Assembly: GCA_964252075.1 (NCBI GenBank)
Contig: CAXULY010000079.1
Coordinates: 1-13,252 of the forward strand
From: an uncultured Deinococcaceae bacterium
GTDB taxonomy: Bacteria; Deinococcota; Deinococci; Deinococcales; Deinococcaceae
Length of the DNA: 13,252 bases
Direction of reading: 5' to 3'
Both the position numbers and the translations under genes were made by a program. Each line of letters starts with the position of its first letter. The stretch's first letter is position 1. Under the pieces are notes generated by a model. It searched no databases. It saw only the letters and a list, made by a program, of their open reading frames with translations, and was not told where the DNA came from. Below, piece after piece: positions 1 to 7,546 of this stretch.

Positions 1-46
1 CTTCGACCACCGAGCCACCCTACTGCCCAGTCGTGAAACAACCTCT
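1..46. mobile_element. Probable terminus of an insertion sequence (left boundary copy), possibly IS5 family
   Basis: Bases 1-46 are the exact reverse complement of 13198-13243. The terminus reads GAGGTTGTTTCAC on the minus strand and abuts TAA (46-48), resembling IS5/IS1031-type GAG ends with TNA targets. No transposase is inside the window. Confidence 0.7.
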
Positions 47-160
47 AAGTCCCAGATTGATTGCCGAGCGCTGCACGATCCTGAATGGCCGTTTTCTCCT
101 CGGTTCCCGGATGCGCTCCACTCCATTCATATTTCGGAGCGCGCCTCCTGAGAACCGGGA

Positions 161-1003
161 TCATCCACGGGCCTGCCGGGCCGCGAGGCCTCGAACCAGC
201 AGCAGCACCGCGAAGGCCACCAGCACCATCACCGCCGAAAGCACCAGGGCAGGGGCGAGGTCCGACTCGAGCGCCGAGTAGATCGCCAGCGTGATGGTGC
301 GCGTGCGGCCCTGCAACGACCCCGCGAACAGGATGGTCGCCCCGAATTCCCCCAGGGCCCGCGCCCACGTCAGCACCAGGCCCTCCAGCAGGAACGGGAA
401 CGCCAGCGGCCAGGTGATCAGCCTGAACACCCGCCAAGCGTCCGCACCGTCTGTGCGCGCCGCCTGCTCCACCTCCCGGTCCACGGCCAGGAACCCCGCC
501 TTGGCCGTCCGCAGGTAGAAAGGCGCCGACGTGAATAACTGTGCGAGCACCACTGCCGCGGGGGAGAACGCCACGCTGATGCCCGCGAGTTCCAGCGGCG
601 CTCCCAGCAGGCCGGTGCGCCCAAAGGTTAACAGGAGCCCAACCCCCGCCACCACCGGTGGCAGCACGATGGGCAGGTCGAGCAGCGCATCGAGCAGCAC
701 CTTGCCGCGGAAGTCGAAGCGCGCCAGCAGGTACGCGACCGGCGTCACGAACAGCACCGTGACCGCCAGGGTGGTGAGGGTCGTCCAGACACTGACCCGC
801 AGGGCGTCCAACACCACTGGCGTCAGCAACGTGGGCAGGAAATCTGCCCCGAGGCCCCGCCAGAGGACCACCAGGGTGGGCAGGAGCAGGAACAGCGTCA
901 TCATGCCACCCAGCACAACTGCAACGATGGGTGGGCGGACGCGGTGCGAAGGACGGGCCCAGTCGCGTCGCGTCCAGTCCTGCTCAGGCACCTCGCGACT
1001 CAA
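161..1003 (-). CDS. modB: Molybdate ABC transporter permease
   Basis: Several TM helices, LDLPIVLPPVVAG, EAA loop (EQAARTDGA), WARALGEFGAT and GRTRTITLAIY, all typical of ModB/CysT. The TTG start overlaps the upstream stop (TTGA); the true start could lie slightly downstream. Confidence 0.93.
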   Translation of the reverse strand: MSREVPEQDWTRRDWARPSHRVRPPIVAVVLGGMMTLFLLLPTLVVLWRGLGADFLPTLLTPVVLDALRVSVWTTLTTLAVTVLFVTPVAYLLARFDFRGKVLLDALLDLPIVLPPVVAGVGLLLTFGRTGLLGAPLELAGISVAFSPAAVVLAQLFTSAPFYLRTAKAGFLAVDREVEQAARTDGADAWRVFRLITWPLAFPFLLEGLVLTWARALGEFGATILFAGSLQGRTRTITLAIYSALESDLAPALVLSAVMVLVAFAVLLLVRGLAARQARG

Positions 1004-1554
1004 GGGCCGGTGCGGAAGACCTGAAGCCCCACCAGGTTGCTGACGTACCGCCCGCCCTTCCCGTCCTCCGGCACTACCAGCCTCACTGCGCCGTCCCGCG
1101 CCGGGAGGGGCTGACCGTCCTCTTCGTAGGCCAGCAGGACCGGGCGGTTCCCGAAGTCCGGATCGAGCTCTCCCCAGGCGAACAGGGCCGTGTACCCGTC
1201 GGCACCGGTCGCGAACACCGCCCAGCGCAATGCATCGTTCTTGGTGCCTGCGGTGAGCTGGGGGCCTGCGGCCTTCACCAGGTCGAAGAGCAGCACGCCC
1301 CGGTAGGCGTGCGTCACGGACTGTCCGGCCGCGGTGTACGTGACGGTGACGGTGCGGCTCGGGAGGGCCTGGAGGTCGGTCAGCAGGTATGAGCGGGGGG
1401 CCCGCACCGTCCCACCCATGGCGATGGGGGTGGTCGCGGTGCTGGCGGCCAGAGCAGGTTTGGAGGCCGCAGTCGTTTGGGCCTGGCCCTGAGCGGTTCC
1501 CAGGGCGAGCAGCAGGGCTAGGCTGCCGCCCGCGGCGCGAATCAGATGGCGCAT
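1000..1554 (-). CDS. Secreted protein with a molybdopterin-binding (sulfite oxidase/Oxidored_molyb-like) domain, lacking cysteine
   Basis: Signal peptide MRHLIRAAGGSLALLLALGTAQG. Motifs LTDLQALP, YRGVLLFDLV, GADGY and LLAYEEDGQPLPARDGAVRLVVP match the SUOX Moco-binding fold. ATG at 1554 has an AGGA RBS; the ORF track start at 1587 is probably too far upstream. Confidence 0.8.
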   Translation of the reverse strand: MRHLIRAAGGSLALLLALGTAQGQAQTTAASKPALAASTATTPIAMGGTVRAPRSYLLTDLQALPSRTVTVTYTAAGQSVTHAYRGVLLFDLVKAAGPQLTAGTKNDALRWAVFATGADGYTALFAWGELDPDFGNRPVLLAYEEDGQPLPARDGAVRLVVPEDGKGGRYVSNLVGLQVFRTGP

Positions 1555-1579
1555 GATCAGGTCCTGTCGGGCGGGTACG

Positions 1580-1792
1580 TCAGTCATCCACGGCGACCAT
1601 CACGTCACTGGCCTTGATGACGGCGTAGACCGCTTTGTCCTCCGCTAGGGCGAGGCGTTCGGCGGACGCGCGGGTGATGGTGGCAGTGATTTGCGCGCCG
1701 CCCTCCAGGGTGAGGGTGACTTCGGCTTCGACGTCCCCTAGCTTGAGGGCGGTGACCTGGCCTTTCAGGGTGTTGCGGGCGCTGATCTGCAT
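1580..1792 (-). CDS. mop: Molybdate-binding Mop/TOBE (molbindin) protein
   Basis: 70 aa with MQISARNTLKG, ITATITRASAERLAL and AVIKASDVMV; AAGGAG RBS. Confidence 0.93.
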   Translation of the reverse strand: MQISARNTLKGQVTALKLGDVEAEVTLTLEGGAQITATITRASAERLALAEDKAVYAVIKASDVMVAVDD

Positions 1793-1825
1793 GGAAACTC
1801 CTTGAGGTGATTGAGGACGAGGTGT

Positions 1826-2587
1826 TCAGCGGGGCGGCTGGAAGCCCCACTTCTTCAGGACCTGTTGACCTGCGGGGGACAGTACGTACTGCACGAAGGC
1901 CTGCGCCGCGTCGGGGTTCGCGCTGCCTTTCAGCACGCCCATGGGGTAGCTGGCGTTCTGGTTGAAGCGCGTGGGCAGGGGGATGACCCGCACGGCCGTT
2001 TTCAGGGAAGGCGTGACGTCCGTCACGTACACCACCGCCGCATCCGCCTCGCCCAGCTGCACCTTGAGCGCCACCTGGCGGACGTCCGGTTCCTCGCTCA
2101 CGACATTCCTGAGCGCACGGGCGGAGAAGTCCTTGCCGTAGGCGCCCGCCTTGTCGATGGCGGTGAGCATGCGCCGCGTGTAATCGCCGACCGGCACAGC
2201 CTTGTCGGCGATGACGAGCTTCACGCCCGATGCAGCGAGATCGGCCAGTTGTCCAACGCGCGGATTGTTCTTGGGTGCGATGACCGTCAGTTTGTTGCTG
2301 ACGAAGGCTTGCCCGGAGGCGACCAGCCCCTTGTCCACCAGCGGCGTGTACTGCGCGGTGTTCGCGCTGGCGTACACGTCCGCCTTCGCACCGGTTTCCA
2401 GTTGCGTGCGCAGCGCCTGGGAGCCTGCGTACTGAAAGGTCGTCTTGTTTCCGGTTTTGGCATCGAAGGCGCGCCCCAGTTCCGTGAAGGCGTCGGTGAG
2501 GGAGGCGGCGGCGAACACCGTGAGGTTCGCGGCGCGGGCGGCCCCCGCGGTCAGCAGCAAGGTGGTTAAGAGCGCGGTTCGGATCAC
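1826..2587 (-). CDS. modA: Molybdate ABC transporter substrate-binding protein
   Basis: Signal peptide, VFAAASL, AGSQALRTQ, ADVYASAN, VPVGDY and GEADAAVVYVTD. GTG start overlaps the regulator stop (GTGA); GGAGG RBS. Confidence 0.94.
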   Translation of the reverse strand: MIRTALLTTLLLTAGAARAANLTVFAAASLTDAFTELGRAFDAKTGNKTTFQYAGSQALRTQLETGAKADVYASANTAQYTPLVDKGLVASGQAFVSNKLTVIAPKNNPRVGQLADLAASGVKLVIADKAVPVGDYTRRMLTAIDKAGAYGKDFSARALRNVVSEEPDVRQVALKVQLGEADAAVVYVTDVTPSLKTAVRVIPLPTRFNQNASYPMGVLKGSANPDAAQAFVQYVLSPAGQQVLKKWGFQPPR

Positions 2588-3747
2588 GGGGTAACCTCCA
2601 GGGAAAGGGGAGACCGGGCGCCCGTGGTCTGCCAGGGCTCACCGGCGTGCGAGGGATCGTAGCCGCCCAGCAGGGCGAGGTCCGTGCGGAAGGCGGGGTT
2701 CTGAGCGACCTCGATCAGGGCCACGAGGCCGGGGTGAAGCAGGTGCTCGTCGGGCACGACCAGGTCGAAGCGCTCCACCTGAATGGGAATGAAGTGCAGC
2801 CCGAGCGCCTGAGCGGCGGAGCGCGGACCGGGAGCGACATCCGCCTCCCCGGTGGCAACGCGCTGCGCCGCTTCCAGGTGGCTGTGCACCTCGTCCCTGT
2901 AGCCGGGCAGCGCGAGGCGCTGGGCGGGCGTGAGGCCAAGGTCGGTGAGCCAGGCGTCGAGCAGCAACCGGCTGCCGGCCCCAGCCTCGCGGTTGACGAG
3001 CCGCAGGCCGGGCAGGTCCGTGGGGCCCGTGACACCCATGGGGTTGCCAGAGGGCAGCATCAGGCCCTGCTCCCAGGACCACAAGGTCAGCAGGTGCATG
3101 ACCTCTTCGGGGAACAGGCGCTCCACGAAGGGCCGGTTGGAGACGCCCGTCTCGGCGTCCCAAAGGTGAATGGCGGCCGCATGCGCTTCACCGCGGGCCA
3201 GGGCCTCCAGGGCGGCGCCGCTTGAGGTGGGATGCCACAGCAGCCGGGCGGCCGTCGTGCGTGCGGCGACGCGCGTGGTGAGCAGCTCCAGTGACGGATC
3301 GCAGCCAGCCAGCACAGCGGTGCGGAGTGGGCGGTCCGCCGGGCCGAGAAGTTCCACGGTGACCGCTCCGCCCTCCACCCGTTCACCTTCAGGTGGGCGT
3401 GCCACGCCGTCGGCCGTCTGTCTGAAGCCGGGGGTGCCAGTGAGGGGAAACGCGAGTGCACGCTCGCCGATGTGCGCCAGTTGCACGCGCGTGTCGCCGG
3501 TGATCGCGCCGCATAAGGTAGCGGTGACGGTGGGTGGAGCGAGCGTAAAGAGGTCGTCCACGCGGCAGTTCAGGGCCTGCGCGAGCTGAAAGGCGATCAG
3601 GGTGCTGGGCGGGTACACGCCCGTCTCGATTTTGTGCAGCGCCTGACGGGAAATGCCGACCAGCCGGGCCAGTTCACTGGGGCCAAGGTGGGCCCGCTCG
3701 CGCCATGTTCGGACGTGCGAACGGAGGGTGACCGGGGTGGGACTCAC
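2584..3747 (-). CDS. XRE-family HTH regulator fused to a PBP-like (molybdate-sensing type) domain
   Basis: N-terminal HTH (ELARLVGISRQALHKIETG..PS...AFQLAQAL). C-terminal PBP-like domain (GCDP, SSGAALEALARGEAH, LVNREAGAGSRLLLD, SHLEAA, ERFDLVVP). GTG at 3747 is preferred over ATG 3774, which lies inside the promoter. Confidence 0.87.
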   Translation of the reverse strand: MSPTPVTLRSHVRTWRERAHLGPSELARLVGISRQALHKIETGVYPPSTLIAFQLAQALNCRVDDLFTLAPPTVTATLCGAITGDTRVQLAHIGERALAFPLTGTPGFRQTADGVARPPEGERVEGGAVTVELLGPADRPLRTAVLAGCDPSLELLTTRVAARTTAARLLWHPTSSGAALEALARGEAHAAAIHLWDAETGVSNRPFVERLFPEEVMHLLTLWSWEQGLMLPSGNPMGVTGPTDLPGLRLVNREAGAGSRLLLDAWLTDLGLTPAQRLALPGYRDEVHSHLEAAQRVATGEADVAPGPRSAAQALGLHFIPIQVERFDLVVPDEHLLHPGLVALIEVAQNPAFRTDLALLGGYDPSHAGEPWQTTGARSPLSLEVTP

Positions 3748-3753
3748 CCTGAC

Positions 3754-3782
3754 ACCGTAAATGATCGATGACATGTCGTCAA
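3754..3782 (-). promoter_or_regulatory. Sigma70-type promoter for the mod operon (leaderless) with overlapping palindrome
   Basis: Minus strand TTGACG (3782-3777), 17 bp, TACGGT (3759-3754), 6 bp, GTG (3747). Near-palindrome GATGACATGTCGTC at 3767-3780. Confidence 0.75.
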
Positions 3783-4168
3783 CGATAGGAGACAGGCCAT
3801 CCCGTCATTGGATCACGCAAATCTCGGCCTTTAGAACAACCCGCATGAAGGATGGCGGATGTTCGCCAGCAGGAAGGGCGTTCAACACAGCATTGGGTTG
3901 ATCACTCATCGGCACGATCTAGCGGGCGAACGGCGCCTCACTGTAGCCAGAACGTTCATCTCCAGACTGTTCCAGCTGGACGTTTCCCATCGATTCGGCG
4001 GGCTCGTTTCAGCTGTCTGGTCGCGTGCCCCAATGCGGATGCTCCAGCAGGGAGCAGGTCCACCCTGCGCAGCGACGGTCTCAGCCCGCAAGTTGACGGA
4101 GGTGAAGTGGCATGCCTCCAAACCCGCTCGTCTGGGCCAGTCCAGATTCTCCGTGCTGCATTGACCAT

Positions 4169-4732
4169 CTACGCACTTGGTTTCAAGACCTCGTACTTCT
4201 GCAAGAGCAGTCCGCCCTGGCCCCTGGCGGAGATGGAGCAGCCGAAGCGCCTTCACCGGTCTTCCGGCAAAGAACGGAACGCCCTGCCCGAGGATCGGCC
4301 TCCCACCATCGGGTGAAACTCGTCGATCAGGTTGTGGGCCAGCAGGTCATTTCAGAACGTTCTGCTGCCAGTGATCAGGATGTCCTTGCGCTCCTGCCCC
4401 ATTTTCTGGTGCGCCTCGTTGCACCTGATGATCCAGAGCTTCGGTCGGTCCACCTGCAGGCTGTCTGAGACGACCACACGGACCGAGGCGGAGGCCCGTG
4501 CGATGTCTCGCTGGGCGACCGTTCACCGATCTGAAGTGGAATCCGCAGTGACCTTGTACCGAAACTCCTGGAACAGCTCGAAGGAGGCGCGGCCCATCAG
4601 ATGCAGGTCGGTCGTGAGAAGCAGTTCGGCGTTGTAGGTATCAAACACGTCCCCCACCAGGGAAGAGTCGTTGGCTGGCCCAGCTTGAAAGCCTTCCAGT
4701 GAGATAACGTTGAACACGATCATTTTTTGCAC
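4169..4732 (-). pseudogene. Dihydrofolate reductase/RibD C-terminal family pseudogene
   Basis: AGGAG RBS and GTG at 4732, then QKMIVFNVISLEGFQAGP..FDTYNAE..LMGRASFE. In-frame TGA at 4525-4523, then VVVSDSL..KDILITGSRTF, TGA at 4354-4352 where W is expected, then NDLLAHNLIDEFH. Frameshifts lead to PILGQGVPFF and ..LQKYEV, ending at TAG 4171-4169. Confidence 0.82.
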
Positions 4733-5100
4733 GCGCTTCTCCTGAGGTGAAGCGGCATGGCTGTGGCGGACATGTGGTGACGGGGCTCGGCTCACCGCAT
4801 CCACCTAGATGAACGAGACGCAGATGTTGTGCTTCCCTGCCGACGTGCATGCCCTGGGCCGTTCATCAGACCGCCCACTGCGCCCCTGCAGAGGACGTGA
4901 CATAGGCGTACCGCTGCAGGGCTCGGCGCAAGCGGTCCACCGAAGATTCAGGCCCTTGCGCGTTCAGAGGCGCACTGAGCCAGACCATGCGCATCGTCTG
5001 CTCCCGGTCGTGCGCCCCTTTTCGGGCGGTCCGGGCTGAAGGGCCTCGCGGCCGTTCGGGTTCGCACGGCCTGGCTGCAGATGGACGAGGCGCAGCGATG

Positions 5101-5988
5101 TCAGGGCTGGGGCCCTGCCGCCTCCAGTCTCATCCGCTCTAACTCCACCACGATGTCCTGCCCCTGCTGGCGGTCGTATGGCAGCTGCAGCCCTGCCGCC
5201 ACGGCCACCGCCGTCTCGTCGAAGAGCGCGCACATCCGCAGGAGCTGATTCCATTGCCCCGCCAGGCTGGAAGCGCACAGCACATCTATCAGTCGCGCGG
5301 CCTCGCCCGCCTCCAGGTGGCGCGGCAGGTACCTGGAGAACTTGCCGACGGCCAACGGGAAACCCACGCGCAGGCCGGCATGCCAGCCCAGGACCCTCAA
5401 CAGCATGTCCAGCTGGTAACGCTCCAGCAGGGCCTTGGCCGTCAGCACCTCGTCCCGCGCGAGGCCCTTGGCGACCCCGAGGCTGATCCACCAGAATTCG
5501 TTGCAGGTGTCCGCGAACGCCCGCTCGCCGGGCGGCTGGACCCGGCCGAACCGTCCGGCGGGCACGTCCTTCAGTTCAGTGAGGTCGTCCTTGTCCAGCA
5601 GGACGCGGCGCGGCTCAGGGTCGTTCAGCACCTCGTCAATCCGACTCAACTCCACGAGCGTGAGGTCAATGCGGTGGCCGTCCCGGAAGTGCATCAGGAA
5701 CGCGAACGGGGCGCGGCCCGCGGGGTCGTATGGGTGAGTGAACCAGTCGTCCGGACGCTGCACGATCAGCGGTTCGCCCAGCGCCGTGAGCCAGCGGTCG
5801 TCGTGCAGCATCGCGGGAAGGTCGCTCACCAGGTACACCACGTCGAAATCGCTGTACCGGTCCTGCGTGGCGGCGGGGTCCACCCTCGATCCGCCCAGGT
5901 ACGTCGCTCGAATGCGTGGGTCCTGCCGGGCGACGGACAGGATGGCGTCCAGCACCTCCTGATCGGTCCTGCGTCCTGGGTGGGTCAT
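5101..5988 (-). CDS. Aminoglycoside 6-adenylyltransferase family protein (AadK/ANT(6)-like)
   Basis: RTDQEVLDAIL..DPRIRA..GSR, D.YSDFDVVYLV nucleotidyltransferase motif, LMHFRDGHRIDLTL, VLLDKD, CNEFWW..VAKGLARDE and GKFSRYL; 295 aa fits the family. Confidence 0.9.
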   Translation of the reverse strand: MTHPGRRTDQEVLDAILSVARQDPRIRATYLGGSRVDPAATQDRYSDFDVVYLVSDLPAMLHDDRWLTALGEPLIVQRPDDWFTHPYDPAGRAPFAFLMHFRDGHRIDLTLVELSRIDEVLNDPEPRRVLLDKDDLTELKDVPAGRFGRVQPPGERAFADTCNEFWWISLGVAKGLARDEVLTAKALLERYQLDMLLRVLGWHAGLRVGFPLAVGKFSRYLPRHLEAGEAARLIDVLCASSLAGQWNQLLRMCALFDETAVAVAAGLQLPYDRQQGQDIVVELERMRLEAAGPQP

Positions 5989-6247
5989 GCGGCCATTCTT
6001 CCTGATCCCCGTGCGGTGGCCTTCGATTGGATGTTCGGCCTCAACGATGGAGGGGTTTTTGTGGTGTGGCCGCTCAACCCAACTGCGCGCCGGGCGTCAC
6101 TGGCCCGGCGGGGCCGCGCGCCGTCCCGCTCGTTCCCGGTCTTGCGGATTCACCTATCGGCGCTGGACGGCGGGTGGTCCAGCGCCGCGGCCGAACGTCG
6201 ACCCAGACCGGCGCTACCGTTGAGCGTCCCAGCGCTCGCTCAGTGCC

Positions 6248-6694
6248 TTACGCGGGGCGATCTGCGCCCTCGGGCGCGCGGTCGTGGAAGGCCTGTCGTG
6301 AGCGGGCGATGGCCTCACGGTGCTGCTCCGCCCAGATCCACACCCCGCAGAAGGCCGCGCCCAGGCTGCGGCCCATGTCGGTCAGCTCGTACTCCACGCG
6401 GGGCGGGATGACGGGGTACACGGTCCGCACGATGAGGCCGTCCGCCTCCATCTGGCGGACGGTCTTGGTGAGCATCTTCTGGCTGATGCCGCCCACGAGG
6501 TCCCCGAGGCGCGTGAAGCGCAGGCGCCCGTGCTCCTCCAGGGTCTCCAGGATGAGCATGGTCCACTTGTCCGCCACCCGACCGATGATCTCGCGCACCA
6601 GCACGTCCAGCTCAGGGTCACCCTCCTGCCCGGCGTACGGGGCTGGTTTCGCACGCTCATCCTCGCCCGCCCGCACCCTCACTTCACTCTCCAT
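6248..6694 (-). CDS. HxlR-family winged-helix transcriptional regulator
   Basis: ADKWTMLIL, RFTRL, GISQKMLTKTVRQMEADGLIVRTVYPVIPPRVEYELT. Leaderless -10 TATACT (6706-6701) lies 6 bp before the ATG. Confidence 0.93.
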   Translation of the reverse strand: MESEVRVRAGEDERAKPAPYAGQEGDPELDVLVREIIGRVADKWTMLILETLEEHGRLRFTRLGDLVGGISQKMLTKTVRQMEADGLIVRTVYPVIPPRVEYELTDMGRSLGAAFCGVWIWAEQHREAIARSRQAFHDRAPEGADRPA

Positions 6695-6771
6695 AAGGGC
6701 AGTATAGTGCCGCCGGGTGCCTACTTCCTTGTGGCAGGTGGATTTCTATGCCAGGAAGCGAGGAGACCACC

Positions 6772-6854
6772 ATGCATGTGAACGGCAGCGCCCCTCAACG
6801 TACAGGTGGATGTTGTGGCGGCGGGCATCCCGAGCCGACGCCTTTCACGCGTTG
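6772..6854 (+). pseudogene. 5' remnant of a short-chain dehydrogenase (DltE-like)
   Basis: GAGGAG RBS and ATG, then MHVNGS....TGGCCGGG (a degenerate TGGxxGxG), then ADAFHAL in a shifted frame. Compare the typical M...[26 protein letters not shown]. It sits divergent from the HxlR gene. Confidence 0.55.
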
Positions 6855-6904
6855 CCAGGTCCCAGCGGGACCATGGTCGCCGTGCCTCGTGGGCGAGGAT
6901 GTCG

Positions 6905-7546
6905 CTATTCCCGGCGCTGCTCGCTCAACGCGAGCAGCGCCGCCTCCACCCGGTTGCGCACCTGGAGCTTCTGCAGCACGTTGGTCATGTAGTGCTTGAC
7001 GGTCTTCTCGGTGAGGTCCAGCGCCCGCGCAATTTCCTTGTTGCTCTGCCCTGAAGCCACGCCCTCCAGAATCTGCCGTTCCCTGGGCGTCAGGTCATTG
7101 AGCAGTCGCGCGGACGGTCGCGGCTGACTCAGGTCGCGCAGCATGCTGGCGGCCAGGCCCGGCGTGACGTACACGTCTCCCGCCGCGACGGACGCCAGGA
7201 TGCCGCGCAGTTCCCGCCCGGCCACGCCCTTGAGTACGAAGCCGCGCGCGCCGGCCTTCAGGGCGCCCAGCACGTCCGCCTCGTCCTCACTGACGGTCAG
7301 CATCACGATGCGGGTGACGGGGCACGCGGCGGTCACGGCTCTGGCCCCGTTGAGGCCCCCGCCGGGCAGGTTCAGGTCCAGGAGCAGCACGTCCGGGAGC
7401 AGGGCCTGACACAGGCGCAGGGCGTCATCGGCGCTGGCGCCCTCCCCGACCACCTCGAAGCGGGGGTCGGCGTTCAGGGTGGCGGCCACCCCCTCGCGGA
7501 ACAGGGGGTGATCATCAATCAACACCGTCCGGATGGGGTCGGTCAT
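6905..7546 (-). CDS. NarL/LuxR-family DNA-binding response regulator
   Basis: Receiver domain (IDDHPLFREG, LLDLNLPG, LTVSE, FVLKG) plus LuxR HTH (LTPRERQIL..GQSNKEIARALDLTEKTVKHY). ATGA overlap with the kinase. Confidence 0.95.
   Translation of the reverse strand: MTDPIRTVLIDDHPLFREGVAATLNADPRFEVVGEGASADDALRLCQALLPDVLLLDLNLPGGGLNGARAVTAACPVTRIVMLTVSEDEADVLGALKAGARGFVLKGVAGRELRGILASVAAGDVYVTPGLAASMLRDLSQPRPSARLLNDLTPRERQILEGVASGQSNKEIARALDLTEKTVKHYMTNVLQKLQVRNRVEAALLALSEQRRE

Noticed and set aside
106..159. Imperfect hairpin after modB (GCGCTCC/GGAGCGC within CCCGG/CCGGG)
   Set aside because: Long loop and no U-tract on the minus strand; too weak to call a terminator.
1605..2642. 345-aa alternate-frame ORF and 252-aa antisense ORF over modA/mop
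   Set aside because: Shadow ORFs with no recognisable motifs.
3829..3843. TTTAGAACAACCC, vaguely similar to the IS end GAAACAACCTC
   Set aside because: Too short, with no partner repeat or transposase remnant nearby.
3852..4168. Several 70-150 aa ORFs between the mod promoter and the DHFR pseudogene
   Set aside because: Atypical codon use and no motifs; probably decayed DNA.
5254..6411. 385-aa plus-strand ORF
   Set aside because: Antisense to the adenylyltransferase and HxlR genes, with no family features.
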